DNA of 64,000 nucleotides. Origin: Methanofastidiosum sp. (GTDB taxonomy: Archaea > Methanobacteriota_B > Thermococci > Methanofastidiosales > Methanofastidiosaceae). Every line of letters starts with the position of its first letter. Positions within the stretch are counted from its first letter, which is position 1. A program made the position numbers and the translations under genes. The notes under the pieces are model-generated. The model did no database searches. It was not told where the DNA came from and was given only the letters and a program-made list of their open reading frames with translations. The stretch lies in the NCBI GenBank assembly GCA_041678455.1, contig JBAYOH010000002.1:4482-68481 (forward strand), written 5' to 3'. This document shows, piece by piece, positions 26,824 through 37,801 of this stretch.

Positions 26824-27654
26824 TTAATATTGTTTATATATTTTATAGTCAAATCTTAAAGCTTGTGGCGAATCAACGTTTCTGAATACAATATAGTAGT
26901 TTCCCTTCTCAGGGGCAGTCCATTTTAATTGTTCATAGTCCCGTTCTCTTTCATTTGTCGAATTAAGGTGTATCTTACCGGAATAGTCTGCGGATGATAT
27001 TGTAAAGCTTTTGTATCCGTTACTATCAAGTACATACATTCTAACAAATAGATTACGGTATTCATTCTGTCTGACCTTATAGTAAATATGTATGACTTCA
27101 CCTTTCTGGAGGGAAGTTGCATAAGATCTCCATCCATCTTTGCTTATAGAAACATTACTTCCTTCAGAGATTATGTATTGATACTTGCTTAACTTTTCTC
27201 CAGAAGTTAAAATTGCGGTATAGTAATACTGAGTTTGAAAACTGTTTGTATTATGAACTACAAAATAGTATACTCCCTCTCCAGGGAAAGTGAATTCAAA
27301 TTCTGATTTTGGGCCGGAGTAAAATTTCAAATATTGGGTATTTTTTTTAGTATTGCTAGTTCCGTACAGGGTAAGATAATTATGCTGTGGGCTTGATATA
27401 ATATATACGTCGAAGTCATCTTTATCTAAAGTTTCGTAAGAAAATTTTACCTTGCTTCCTTTTGCTAGAGCCATCCGATATGCTCTGTAAGAGTTACCAT
27501 TCAATGAATTTTTTTCATTGACAAGAATTTCCCCTACAGGTGAAGATTCAGGACTTGGAGTTTTCACTGGTTGTTGATTTGAACTAGGTGTCGCACACAT
27601 GGCTGCTAGTCCTACTAATACTATCAATCCAAAAATAAGTATTAATTTTTTCAT
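26824..27654 (-). CDS. Lipoprotein with two PPC-like beta-sandwich domains
   Basis: Signal peptide followed by Cys (LAAMCAT). Two internal repeats match the pre-peptidase C-terminal domain pattern (KG..V.F......DFDVYI ... GVYYFVVHN / GNYYIVFRN). Confidence 0.5.
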   Translation of the reverse strand: MKKLILIFGLIVLVGLAAMCATPSSNQQPVKTPSPESSPVGEILVNEKNSLNGNSYRAYRMALAKGSKVKFSYETLDKDDFDVYIISSPQHNYLTLYGTSNTKKNTQYLKFYSGPKSEFEFTFPGEGVYYFVVHNTNSFQTQYYYTAILTSGEKLSKYQYIISEGSNVSISKDGWRSYATSLQKGEVIHIYYKVRQNEYRNLFVRMYVLDSNGYKSFTISSADYSGKIHLNSTNERERDYEQLKWTAPEKGNYYIVFRNVDSPQALRFDYKIYKQY

Positions 27655-27850
27655 CTTTAAAGATTTGAAATTTAAACTTTAAATAGTTTTCTGATTTTAC
27701 TTTTCCCTGCGTTACCTACTAATTATTTAACTTTTCTTCATAGCATAATTCAAAATTCTATCTAAAAGGAGAGTTAACTTCTACTTATTTGGTCTTATGT
27801 CTATAAGAAATATAACACAGTTTTTAAAGAGATACGATAAATCTCAATAT

Positions 27851-29515
27851 TTAAAGCAGGCCTTGTATGTTGCCCTTGCGATCAATATCCATCTTTACCG
27901 CTGCTGGCGATCTTGAAAGACCGGGCATTAGAGTAATGTTACCGCAAATTATAACAATATAGCCAGCCCCACTTGCAAGTTCAACATCTGTTACTTCAAG
28001 ATCAAAAGGAGGCGGAACTCCAATTAGATTCTTGTCATCAGATAAAGACAATTGAGTTTTAGCGATGCATACCGGCAGATTTCCATATCCTAGTGTTTTA
28101 TATAATTCAATTTTTTTCTTAGGTTTTGTTTCAAATATTACACGCTTTGCACCGTAGATTTTTTTAGCAATTATCTCTACTTTTTTTTCAATATCGTCAG
28201 TTAATTCATAAAGTGGCTTGAAATTACTCTTTTGCTTTGATAATTCCATCACTAAATTTGCAAGTTCTATTCCACCATTGCCACCTTCTGAAAACATTTT
28301 AGATAAAGTCACTGGCACTTTCTTCTTTGCACAAAGCGACTTTATCATTTCAATTTCCTGATCTCTGTCAAAATTAAACTTATTGATAGATACAACTACT
28401 GGGATTCCAAATAATTTAAGATTGTCAATATGTTTTTCAACATTTTTTAGACCTTTTAAGAACGCTTCTTCATCATGGTAGGTAACAATATCCTTTAATC
28501 CGCCATGGTACTTTATTGCCTTGCATGTGACAACTAATACTACTGCAGAAGGAGAAAAATTACCTTTTCTTGAAACAATGTTAAGGAATTTTTCTGCGCC
28601 TAAGTCTGCACCGAATCCAGCTTCAACTATGACAAAGTCAGCCAATTTGAGGGCGATATTGGTCGCAATTATCGAATTTGTACCCGTTGAGATATTGGCA
28701 AAAGGTCCACCATGTACGATTGCAGGCGTGTGCTCAGTTGTCTGAACAAGATTTGGTTTAAGTGCTTCTTTTAGTATTGCTGTCAGCGCACCTTCAACTT
28801 TTAATTTTCCTGCATTTATGGGATTACCTTTTCTATCAAATGCAATGGTAATGTTGGAGAGTCTTTCTTTAAGATCCACTATATCCTTTGAAAGACACAC
28901 AATTGACATTATTTCTGATGCTGCAGTAATAATAAATTTTGATTCACGGGGGATACCATTCCCAGAACCGCCAAGTCCAATCACGATAGTTCTTAGGGCC
29001 TTGTCATTCATATCAATCGCTCTGGGCCATACAATATTGTTAATATCGATGTCAAGTTCATTTCCCATCAAAATATGGGTATCGAGCATAGCTGCCAGAA
29101 GGTTATGTGCAGCTTGAACTGCATGAATATCACCTGTGAAATGTAAATTAATATCCTCCATTGGAAGGATTTGTGAACGCCCCCCTCCTGTAGCCCCACC
29201 TTTTACACCAAACACAGGCCCCATAGATGGCTCTCTTAAAGTAATTATTGTTTTTTTTCCAAGAGCGCATAGAGCTTGGCCCAATCCTATGGTGGTAAGA
29301 GTCTTTCCTTCACCATACGGTGTTGGATTCATCGCAGTTATTAAAATTAGATTACCTTTGGTATTCTTTTCATTGGCTTCTAGGATTGACAAATCTATTT
29401 TTGCTTTATGTTTTCCATACAACTCAAGATATTTTTCACTAATCCCTGCTTTTTCGGCAATTTTTTCTATAGGCCAGATATGTGCTTTAATTGCTATGTC
29501 GATGCCACTTCCCAT
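27851..29515 (-). CDS. fhs: Formate--tetrahydrofolate ligase
   Basis: PTPYGEGKTLTTIGL nucleotide-binding signature. 554 aa, colinear with FTHFS. Confidence 0.9.
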   Translation of the reverse strand: MGSGIDIAIKAHIWPIEKIAEKAGISEKYLELYGKHKAKIDLSILEANEKNTKGNLILITAMNPTPYGEGKTLTTIGLGQALCALGKKTIITLREPSMGPVFGVKGGATGGGRSQILPMEDINLHFTGDIHAVQAAHNLLAAMLDTHILMGNELDIDINNIVWPRAIDMNDKALRTIVIGLGGSGNGIPRESKFIITAASEIMSIVCLSKDIVDLKERLSNITIAFDRKGNPINAGKLKVEGALTAILKEALKPNLVQTTEHTPAIVHGGPFANISTGTNSIIATNIALKLADFVIVEAGFGADLGAEKFLNIVSRKGNFSPSAVVLVVTCKAIKYHGGLKDIVTYHDEEAFLKGLKNVEKHIDNLKLFGIPVVVSINKFNFDRDQEIEMIKSLCAKKKVPVTLSKMFSEGGNGGIELANLVMELSKQKSNFKPLYELTDDIEKKVEIIAKKIYGAKRVIFETKPKKKIELYKTLGYGNLPVCIAKTQLSLSDDKNLIGVPPPFDLEVTDVELASGAGYIVIICGNITLMPGLSRSPAAVKMDIDRKGNIQGLL

Positions 29516-29578
29516 CTTAATCCTCTTGATTTCAAATTCAATTGTAAATCTTTTTAAAAAGTTTTCGTTATTTAGTTT

Positions 29579-30142
29579 ATGCTTTCTAAATCTGAGCTAA
29601 GGTCCAGAATTACAGAAGAAATGGCGAACCTAGATTATGCTAAAAAGAATATTATGGATGAAAAAATAAGGGATAATATCTATGATCTCGAGGAATACAG
29701 TTCAGCAAAGACTATTTTCACTTATGTTTCAAAGGATAAAGAAGTTGATACAATTGATCTGATTACTCATTCAATAACTCTTGGAAAGGTAGTCTGTGTC
29801 CCTTTGACTAAAAAAGAGAGTAATTCTCTTGAAATCCGAGAAATTAAAGACTTGATGGATCTAAAAATAGGAAACTTCAGTATCCTAGAACCAAATCAGA
29901 ATACTAAAATTACCAATCCTGAAGAAATTGAATTATTATTTATTCCAGGCCTTGCCTTTGGGGGCAGGTGTGAGAGGCTAGGGAGAGGCGGAGGTTATTT
30001 TGACAGATTCTTAATGAGTACTAGCGGTCTTAAAGTCGGTCTTGCTTATGATTTTCAGATTTTTGATTCATTGCCTATTCGAAAACATGATATCAAAATG
30101 GATATTATTATTACTAACAGACAAATCATCAACTGCGTTTAA
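29579..30142 (+). CDS. 5-formyltetrahydrofolate cyclo-ligase
   Basis: FIPGLAFGGRCERLGRGGGYFDRFL is the conserved MTHFS motif. Confidence 0.8.
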   Translation: MLSKSELRSRITEEMANLDYAKKNIMDEKIRDNIYDLEEYSSAKTIFTYVSKDKEVDTIDLITHSITLGKVVCVPLTKKESNSLEIREIKDLMDLKIGNFSILEPNQNTKITNPEEIELLFIPGLAFGGRCERLGRGGGYFDRFLMSTSGLKVGLAYDFQIFDSLPIRKHDIKMDIIITNRQIINCV

Positions 30143-31250
30143 TAGAATAAACAAGAATTATTGCCGGAAAGAGTAGCATTGATGCGAAAGGATTTATTGC
30201 AAAAAATGATGCAAGAGCTGGAAGACTAGAACCTGTTATTGTAGAAAGATCCTGGCTTAGCGAAAACGTAGAGAATATTGTTCCTCTTTTTGTAACTTCT
30301 ATTACCTCGCACAAGAAGGAATAACACCAAATATCAATGAATGCCCCTGCCAGGCCAATGAGGCCTGAAGATATAAAGAATAAAACAATGTTGTTGGAAA
30401 AAATCAATAACATAATCCCGGGTATATGGATTAATGCACCCCATTTAACCCACATCCTTTTACTTTCAATCTTTGCATAACGCCCTATAAGAATTTCAGA
30501 AAGCCCAAAAACAAGTGATTCAAATGCAACTATCAATGAAACTATGGATCCAGCCATTCCAAGTTTTCCTATAGCAAATCTTACAAAGAATATCAAAAAT
30601 GCTGTGAACACTGCCATATCGAATGTCTTGTATACTAAAGGATCTAATACTTTTTTCAGTGTTTGAATTGAAGGGTAGCTCTTTTCCCTTAATTCAAATT
30701 TGAATTCCTTCATGAAGAATACATAAATTATTGTTATAGATGCTCCGATTAGAAATAATGAATAGAAAGCTCCTTTTAATCCCAGTATATCAACAAATAA
30801 TCCTGGAAGCAAAAGACCAAATACCCATCCCAATCCAGTAACTCCTCCAAAAATACTAACTTTCCTCTCAGGTTTTTGTGTGATAGGCCTAAGCGAGAAA
30901 ACTATCACAACAGTCAAGAATGTGGCAAGAGAAACTGCAACTAATACTTGAAGTAGGGCTAGATACAAAAGACTATTAGTAAAGGAAATGAGAAAAGCAG
31001 AAACTGAGGATAGTATCAAAGCAATTAGCAATAAGTACCTCTCCCCTATTCTGTCCGACAGAGCGCCTATTAGTGGTTTAAGAAAAAATGAAACGCCGTC
31101 CCCGATAACAAATAATAATGCGTATGGTAGTAAAGATATCCCTAGGGTGGTAAAATATATACTAAAAAGAACCATTGTGAACCCATGAAAAAAAGATTTA
31201 TAGAATCCCAACATTGACCCAAAAAATAATCTCTTAGTTTCAACTGCCAA
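30129..31250 (-). CDS. MFS-type transporter
   Basis: 373 aa with 10 to 12 TM helices and a GALSDRIGERY-type MFS loop motif. Confidence 0.6.
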   Translation of the reverse strand: MAVETKRLFFGSMLGFYKSFFHGFTMVLFSIYFTTLGISLLPYALLFVIGDGVSFFLKPLIGALSDRIGERYLLLIALILSSVSAFLISFTNSLLYLALLQVLVAVSLATFLTVVIVFSLRPITQKPERKVSIFGGVTGLGWVFGLLLPGLFVDILGLKGAFYSLFLIGASITIIYVFFMKEFKFELREKSYPSIQTLKKVLDPLVYKTFDMAVFTAFLIFFVRFAIGKLGMAGSIVSLIVAFESLVFGLSEILIGRYAKIESKRMWVKWGALIHIPGIMLLIFSNNIVLFFISSGLIGLAGAFIDIWCYSFLCEVIEVTKRGTIFSTFSLSQDLSTITGSSLPALASFFAINPFASMLLFPAIILVYSIKRS

Positions 31251-32550
31251 GTAAATTCCTTCCCTTCAATATGTATCCGGCAATATATATTGATCCAGTG
31301 ATGAGTAATTTTTCATCTTTTTTAAGGTTTGACATGCAATAATCAAAAGCTTTGAGTGGATCGTCAAAAGAACGAATATCATTGAAATACTTGCTTGCTT
31401 TTTCTTCAAGAATATCAATATTTGTACATCTTGGAGGAATTGTTGTCAATACTATCCTTTTTGAAATTTTGGAGAATTCTTTTAAAATCCCATCAATATC
31501 CTTATCTACGGATATTCCAATAAGTAAAAGTGTTTTTGAATCTGTAAATAAGCTGGCATAAGTTTCTGAAAGGGATTTTGCGCCGGCTATATTGTGTGCG
31601 ACATCAACTAAAATCATTGGATTTTGTCTCAATATTTGGAAGCGCCCTGGCCAAATAGATTCTTCAAGACCTTTCCTGATTGAATCTTCGTTCAGTTCAA
31701 ATCCATATGAAGCCATAGATTCCGCCAAATTAATTGCACATGCCGCATTTGCTATTTGATGCCTTCCTATCATCCTGATTTTAACATCTTTGAAGAAATT
31801 ATCGCTTGAATGATAATCAAAAACAGCACCCTCGAAGCTAATTTTTTTCTCAATTGCTTCGAAATCCCTATTAAATAATTTTAATGTAGCTCCTTTTTCT
31901 GTGCAGATTTTTACTAACAAAGGCGCCAATTCTAAATCAACACAAGAAGAAACTAATGATCCTTTTTTTATTATTCCTGCTTTTTCAATTAGTATCTCTT
32001 CTTTACTATGGCCCAATATTTCCTGGTGGTCAAGGGAAATATTTGTTATTGCGATAGATTTACCGTTTAGTATATTAGTCGCATCCAGTCTACCTCCAAG
32101 GCCAACTTCAGAAACTATAACATCAACTTTTTTCTCTGCAAAATAAATAATAGAAACGGCAGTAAGAATTTCAAAAAAAGTTGGACTTCCGATATCCATC
32201 AATTTTTCTGCTTCTTCATAATAGAATTTTAATTCAGAAAGAATTCTATCAAAATCTTTTGAGGAAATATTATTATCGCCAATTTTTATCCGTTCGTATA
32301 TATCAATCAGATGAGGGGATGTGTAAGATCCTACTTTGTAGTTTGATTGAGAAAATATTTCAGAAATAAAAGTGACAACGGAACCCTTGCCGTTTGTTCC
32401 TGCTACGTGAACTACAGGTATATCTTCCCAACTTATTCCGCTTTTTTCAAGAAGAAACTTTATTCTTTCGAGTCCAAGTTTTGAATTTAATCGTTCAAGT
32501 CCTGGTTTAGACCCAATAACCTTTAACGCCTCTAGAAAATTATCTTGCAC
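31240..32550 (-). CDS. folC: Folylpolyglutamate synthase / dihydrofolate synthase (Mur-ligase family)
   Basis: P-loop HVAGTNGKGSV and Mur-ligase domain order. 436 aa. Confidence 0.75.
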   Translation of the reverse strand: MQDNFLEALKVIGSKPGLERLNSKLGLERIKFLLEKSGISWEDIPVVHVAGTNGKGSVVTFISEIFSQSNYKVGSYTSPHLIDIYERIKIGDNNISSKDFDRILSELKFYYEEAEKLMDIGSPTFFEILTAVSIIYFAEKKVDVIVSEVGLGGRLDATNILNGKSIAITNISLDHQEILGHSKEEILIEKAGIIKKGSLVSSCVDLELAPLLVKICTEKGATLKLFNRDFEAIEKKISFEGAVFDYHSSDNFFKDVKIRMIGRHQIANAACAINLAESMASYGFELNEDSIRKGLEESIWPGRFQILRQNPMILVDVAHNIAGAKSLSETYASLFTDSKTLLLIGISVDKDIDGILKEFSKISKRIVLTTIPPRCTNIDILEEKASKYFNDIRSFDDPLKAFDYCMSNLKKDEKLLITGSIYIAGYILKGRNLLGS

Positions 32551-33394
32551 AATCGTTTTGTTTTATAAAGCAGATTATAAGGTTTTCCAGAAGCATTGCT
32601 CTTGTCATAGGGCCAACTCCGCCTGGAACTGGAGTTATATAAGATGTTTTCTTGCTGACCTCGTCATACTTGACATCACCTTTAATGCCATCCACGTTAC
32701 GAGTGATCCCCACATCAACTACAACGGCCCCTTCTTTCACCATATCTGCAGTTAAAAAGTCAGTTCTCCCCACTCCAACTATAACTATGTCGGCATGCTT
32801 TGTCTTTTCTTTCAAGTCCCTTGTTTTAGTATGAACGACGGTAACGGTTCCGCCCCGATTTATCATCATAGCTGCCAAAGGTTTTCCAATAATATTACTT
32901 CGGTTGATTATTGTTATATCTGCACCCTCTATGGGGATATTATATTCATCCAAAATTTTAACTACCCCTTTGGGAGTGCATGGAAATAGGTCTGATATAT
33001 TTAGAAGTATCCTGCCAACGTTGATGGGTGTAAATCCATCAACATCTTTTATTGGATCTATTCTTTCCAATACCTTGTTGCTGTCTATATGTTTTGGTAA
33101 AGGTAACTGAACTAGAATACCATGAATATCTGTTCTTTTATTCAATCTATCAATTAGTGAAAGAAGATCCCCTTCGGAGATATCATCATAGTAAAATTCT
33201 TCGTAGTCAATCCCAATCTTCTCTGAATCCTTCTTCTTTAGATTAACATAAATTCTAGATGCAGGATCTTCGCCTACTAAAACAGTTGCCAGTTTGGGGT
33301 GAAGGCCATTTTTTTTATATTCCGATACTTTTTCTGAAAGTTCATTTGCTATTTTGAGGGATAAGGCCTTACCATCTAGTATTTTTGTAGTCAT
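32540..33394 (-). CDS. folD: Bifunctional methylene-THF dehydrogenase / methenyl-THF cyclohydrolase
   Basis: N-terminus [12 protein letters not shown]. 284 aa, colinear with FolD. Confidence 0.9.
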   Translation of the reverse strand: MTTKILDGKALSLKIANELSEKVSEYKKNGLHPKLATVLVGEDPASRIYVNLKKKDSEKIGIDYEEFYYDDISEGDLLSLIDRLNKRTDIHGILVQLPLPKHIDSNKVLERIDPIKDVDGFTPINVGRILLNISDLFPCTPKGVVKILDEYNIPIEGADITIINRSNIIGKPLAAMMINRGGTVTVVHTKTRDLKEKTKHADIVIVGVGRTDFLTADMVKEGAVVVDVGITRNVDGIKGDVKYDEVSKKTSYITPVPGGVGPMTRAMLLENLIICFIKQNDCAR

Positions 33395-34623
33395 AAATCT
33401 ATCGGGAATTTTTTGCAGAGATCCCTTACCTCCGCTCTTACTTTTTCAGGGGTGCAGTCATCCTTCTTCTGAAGCACTCTGTTAATCATCCCAGCTATCT
33501 GTTTCATTTCAGATTCCTTCATTCCTCTAGAAGTAATTGCAGGAACACCTAATCTAAGCCCAGAAGTAACATTAGGTGGTTTTGGATCATATGGTATGAC
33601 ATTTCTGTTTGCTGTAATGCCGGCATACTCCAGTAACTCCTGTGCTTCTTTTCCTGTTATGCCATTTTTTCTTAAATCCATTAAGAGTAAGTGATTGTCA
33701 GTCCCACCTGTAATAAGATCGTATCCAAGTGACAAAAGTTCTTCAGATAGAACTTTACAATTATTAATAATTTGTCTTTGGTAGTTGATGAAATCTTCTC
33801 CCATTGCCTCCTTGAAGCAAACAGCTTTTGCTGCTATTGTATGCATCATTGGCCCACCTTGGGCAAATGGGAATACAGCTTTATCGATTGCTTTTTTATG
33901 ATCTTCCCTACAAAGTATTAATCCCCCTCTTGGGCCTCTTAAAGTCTTGTGGGTCGTAGATGTTACAAAATCACAGTAAGGAACTGGAGATTTATGGAAT
34001 CCGCATGCAACGAGTCCTGCAATGTGCGCCATATCAGCCATCAAAAGAGCGCCAACTTCATCTGCAATTTCTCTAAATCCTTTGAAATCTATCTCTCTTG
34101 GATATGAACTAGCGCCCGTTACAATAAGTTTAGGTTTTAATTCAATGGCATTTTGTCTTACTTCATTTAAATCAATCATATAAGTATTTTTATTAACACC
34201 ATAAAACTGAAAGTTATAAAATTTTCCAGAAAAGTTAACAGGGGATCCGTGCGATAAATGCCCCCCACATGATAAATCCATCCCTAAGACAGTATCCCCA
34301 ACATCTAAACATGAAAAATATACCGCCATGTTAGCCTGTGTTCCTGAGTGAGCCTGTACGTTTGCATGATCTGCTTTAAAAAGTTTTTTTGCTCTTTCGA
34401 TGGCTAGAGATTCCGCAACGTCAACAAATTTGCACCCACCATAGTACCTTTTTCCAGGGTAACCTTCGGCATATTTATTAGTCATAACAGACCTTTGCGC
34501 TTCAAGAACTGCGTTGCTTGTAAAATTTTCACTCGCTATAAGTTCAAGTCCTTCATTTTGACGATTTTTTTCATCTTCAATTGCATTAAAAATTTCAACA
34601 TCAACTTGATCCAATGATTTCAT
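33391..34623 (-). CDS. glyA: Serine hydroxymethyltransferase
   Basis: SHMT motifs and the PLP-Lys region [12 protein letters not shown]. The start is set at the internal Met. The ORF extends to 34698. Confidence 0.9.
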   Translation of the reverse strand: MKSLDQVDVEIFNAIEDEKNRQNEGLELIASENFTSNAVLEAQRSVMTNKYAEGYPGKRYYGGCKFVDVAESLAIERAKKLFKADHANVQAHSGTQANMAVYFSCLDVGDTVLGMDLSCGGHLSHGSPVNFSGKFYNFQFYGVNKNTYMIDLNEVRQNAIELKPKLIVTGASSYPREIDFKGFREIADEVGALLMADMAHIAGLVACGFHKSPVPYCDFVTSTTHKTLRGPRGGLILCREDHKKAIDKAVFPFAQGGPMMHTIAAKAVCFKEAMGEDFINYQRQIINNCKVLSEELLSLGYDLITGGTDNHLLLMDLRKNGITGKEAQELLEYAGITANRNVIPYDPKPPNVTSGLRLGVPAITSRGMKESEMKQIAGMINRVLQKKDDCTPEKVRAEVRDLCKKFPIDL

Positions 34624-34797
34624 AAAATCACGACTATGATTACAGATGTCTAAATCTCTTATAAATATTTTGCTATTTGCCAATATCAAGATATTCACAT
34701 ATTGCTATTTTATGGCACTAATATTTCATAATAGTTAATTTTATATACTTATTAGGTAGGATAATATATTATTCTGGCATGAAATAGAGGAATTACT

Positions 34798-35400
34798 ATG
34801 GTAAAAGATGTTTGTATCTTAAAGGGAAGAACTATCGATGAGCAAGAAAAATTAATCATCAAAGCTTTAATAAGAAATCCCAGAAGCAGTGATAATCAAA
34901 TAAGCAAGGCGACAAGAGTTCCCGTAAGAACTGTCTACAGAAAAAGGAAGAAACTTGAAGAAGAGGGCATTATTCATTATTATCTAAATGTAAATCTAGA
35001 TAAGTCAGGTATCGGAAAAATAAATGCTAGACATCTCTATCTAATAAAATTTAAACTTGGCCTTCCTTATACTCAACTTATTCGAGAGATTAATGAAGAA
35101 AATAATGTTAGAACAGTATTTACTGAGCATATTTACCAATCATTCCTTGCAGAAGTTGATGGGAGAGTTGCTCTTGTTATGATTTTAGAAGGAGAAAGGG
35201 ATGAGGACATAGTAGAAAACTTTAACAAAATAATTGTTCCATCTTTAAAGAAAAATCATGGGCCCGATTCTATAGAAGATGTCCAAACAATAAGACTTTC
35301 AGATCCGATAAGATTCTTCCACAATTATATGCCAATGTTAAATATAAAAAATGGAAGAATTAAGGATGACTGGAGAGATGAATTACTTTTTATTACCTAA
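34798..35400 (+). CDS. Lrp/AsnC-family transcriptional regulator
   Basis: N-terminal HTH LIIKALIRNPRSSDNQISKATRVPVRTVYRKRKKLEEEGII followed by a regulatory domain. Confidence 0.6.
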   Translation: MVKDVCILKGRTIDEQEKLIIKALIRNPRSSDNQISKATRVPVRTVYRKRKKLEEEGIIHYYLNVNLDKSGIGKINARHLYLIKFKLGLPYTQLIREINEENNVRTVFTEHIYQSFLAEVDGRVALVMILEGERDEDIVENFNKIIVPSLKKNHGPDSIEDVQTIRLSDPIRFFHNYMPMLNIKNGRIKDDWRDELLFIT

Positions 35401-35562
35401 TTTAATTTGACTATTTTAGGCCATTTTATCTTTTTTTAGTCCTTATTAGACCTAAATTAGCTATTTTATAACAGTAAGTATTAAATACTAGATGATACTT
35501 CTCTTTTCTATCAAATACCTAGACAAATGAGTAGATATAAAAAATATTTTTGGAGGAATTAG

Positions 35563-36873
35563 ATGGACAAACAGCAGGTAAAGGATGAAATTAAGAAAAA
35601 GAACATAAAATACGTAAGATTGCAGTTTGTGGATATGCTTGGTATACCAAAGAACTTTTCAATATCTGTAGACCTTCTGGACTCCGTATTTGAATCTGGA
35701 ATGGGTTTTGATAGTTCTTCTATTAGGGGATTTACTGATATATCCAACAGTGACAGTGTCTTGATGCCAGACTTTAACACATTCAAAATAATTCCGTGGC
35801 TTGATGAAGCAAGGATAATATGTGATGTATGTTACCCAACAACTTTGAAACCGTATGAGGGTGACCCGAGGAGTCTTTTAAAAAAGGAAATACAAAAGCT
35901 TGCAGAAGACAAAATGGAATTTTATCTTGGGCCTGAAATAGAGTTTCACTTATTAAAAGAAGAAAATGGGAAACTTGTACCTCATGATTTAGGAGGCTAT
36001 GCAGATTTCGCACCTCTCGACCTAGGAGAAGAAATCAGGAACAAAGCCGGATTATATATGCAAATGATGGGTGTCAAAAGTGAGATTACCCACCACGAAG
36101 TAGGAGATGGTCAGCACGAAATTGATTTTAGATTTAAGGAAAGTGCCCTTGAAGCAGCGGATGACGTTATCACATACAAACAAGTAGTAAAAAACATAGC
36201 TGCTAAAGAGGGACTTGTAGTTACTTATATGCCAAAACCATTCTACGGTCAAGCTGGAAACGGTATGCACTGCCACCAAAGTGTATTCCAAAATGGTAGA
36301 AACATATTTTACGACCCAAAGACAAAGAATTTGTCCGACAAGGGTAGATGGTACGTAGGTGGAATTTTAAAACATGCTAAAGCACTAACAGCAATTTGCT
36401 CTCCATCAGTTAACTCCTATAAGAGATTAGTTCCAGGATATGAAGCTCCTGTTTATATCTCATGGGGATGGGCCAACAGAACAACTCTAGTACGATTGCC
36501 GGGATACGACCCAACTAACGAAAAGGCTTTGAGGGTAGAGTTTAGATCTCCTGACCCAACTTGTAACCCCTACCTTGCATTTACAGCTATGCTAAAAGCT
36601 GGAATGGATGGAATTGAAAATCAGATTGAGCCACCTGAACCAGCCGACTATGATATATTCGAGTTATCAACGGCCGAGTTAGAGGAAAAAGGCATAGAAA
36701 TCTTACCAATAAACCTTGGGGAGGCTATAAAAGAACTGGAAAAAGATAAGGTCGTAAGAGAATCCCTTGGGAAGCATATATACGAAAGATACATTGAACA
36801 CAAGAAGAAAGTCTGGAAAGAGTACTCAATGTATGTCACCGACTGGGAATTCCAAAAATATCTCAGATATTAA
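35563..36873 (+). CDS. glnA: Glutamine synthetase type I
   Basis: 436 aa. GS beta-grasp and catalytic domains. YMPKPF and GNGMHCHQS motifs. Confidence 0.9.
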   Translation: MDKQQVKDEIKKKNIKYVRLQFVDMLGIPKNFSISVDLLDSVFESGMGFDSSSIRGFTDISNSDSVLMPDFNTFKIIPWLDEARIICDVCYPTTLKPYEGDPRSLLKKEIQKLAEDKMEFYLGPEIEFHLLKEENGKLVPHDLGGYADFAPLDLGEEIRNKAGLYMQMMGVKSEITHHEVGDGQHEIDFRFKESALEAADDVITYKQVVKNIAAKEGLVVTYMPKPFYGQAGNGMHCHQSVFQNGRNIFYDPKTKNLSDKGRWYVGGILKHAKALTAICSPSVNSYKRLVPGYEAPVYISWGWANRTTLVRLPGYDPTNEKALRVEFRSPDPTCNPYLAFTAMLKAGMDGIENQIEPPEPADYDIFELSTAELEEKGIEILPINLGEAIKELEKDKVVRESLGKHIYERYIEHKKKVWKEYSMYVTDWEFQKYLRY

Positions 36874-36994
36874 TAATATTTTATTTTTTCTTATATTTTT
36901 TAAAAAATTAATTCTAATAAAAATCGCTATTTATTTAAAAATTTAGTAAATTGAATCTAAAATCTTTTATATTTAAAGTACTTTTACAATATAG

Positions 36995-37762
36995 ATGTTA
37001 TACCTTGTAGGCCTTGGGCTGTCAGAAAAAGACCTTTCATTGAAAGCTTTTGAGTTATTAGATAAAATCAATAATATTTACGTGGATACATACACTAATT
37101 ATTTTGATTTTGATCTTATATGGCTCGAAAAGGCCCTTAATAAAAAAGTGATTCCTCTTTCTAGAGAAGGTATAGAAAAGAATCCCACGTTCTTGGAAAT
37201 CGCAAAATCTGGGGATGTCGCACTCCTCATATCGGGAGACCCTCTTGTTGCGACAACTCACACGGATATTCTTTTAAGAGCTATAAAGAAGGGAGTTAAA
37301 ACAAAAGTATTTCACGCTTCCTCTATTTATTCAGCGATTGCTGAAACAGGCCTCCATATTTACAGATTTGGAAAAACTGCCAGTATACCATACCCTGAGG
37401 AAAACTTCTTCCCAAGAAGCTTTTATGATGCTATAGTTGAAAATAAAGAAAGAAATCTCCACACAATGCTGTTGCTCGATGTAAAGCGGGAGAAAAATCT
37501 CTTTATGAATCCTAAAGAAGCGATGGACATATTAAAAAAGATTGATGAAAACAAAAATATTAAAAAAATCATTGTAATTTCAAGGATTAGCCACGATGAT
37601 CAAAGGATCATATATGGAGATATAGATAAATTAGCCGGATTCAATAATGAATTCTACGGCTTGCCCCCTCATACATTAGTTGTCCCTGCAGAGTTGCACT
37701 TTGCTGAAGAAGAATATCTCTTAAGCCTTGCAGAAATATATAAAAGCAGTAAAAATAAATAA
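36995..37762 (+). CDS. dph5: Diphthine synthase
   Basis: N-terminus MLYLVGLGL and the tetrapyrrole-methylase fold. 255 aa. Confidence 0.85.
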   Translation: MLYLVGLGLSEKDLSLKAFELLDKINNIYVDTYTNYFDFDLIWLEKALNKKVIPLSREGIEKNPTFLEIAKSGDVALLISGDPLVATTHTDILLRAIKKGVKTKVFHASSIYSAIAETGLHIYRFGKTASIPYPEENFFPRSFYDAIVENKERNLHTMLLLDVKREKNLFMNPKEAMDILKKIDENKNIKKIIVISRISHDDQRIIYGDIDKLAGFNNEFYGLPPHTLVVPAELHFAEEEYLLSLAEIYKSSKNK

Positions 37763-37801
37763 AAAATATTACTATAATAAAATAGTCTTGGTGTTATTAT
37801 T

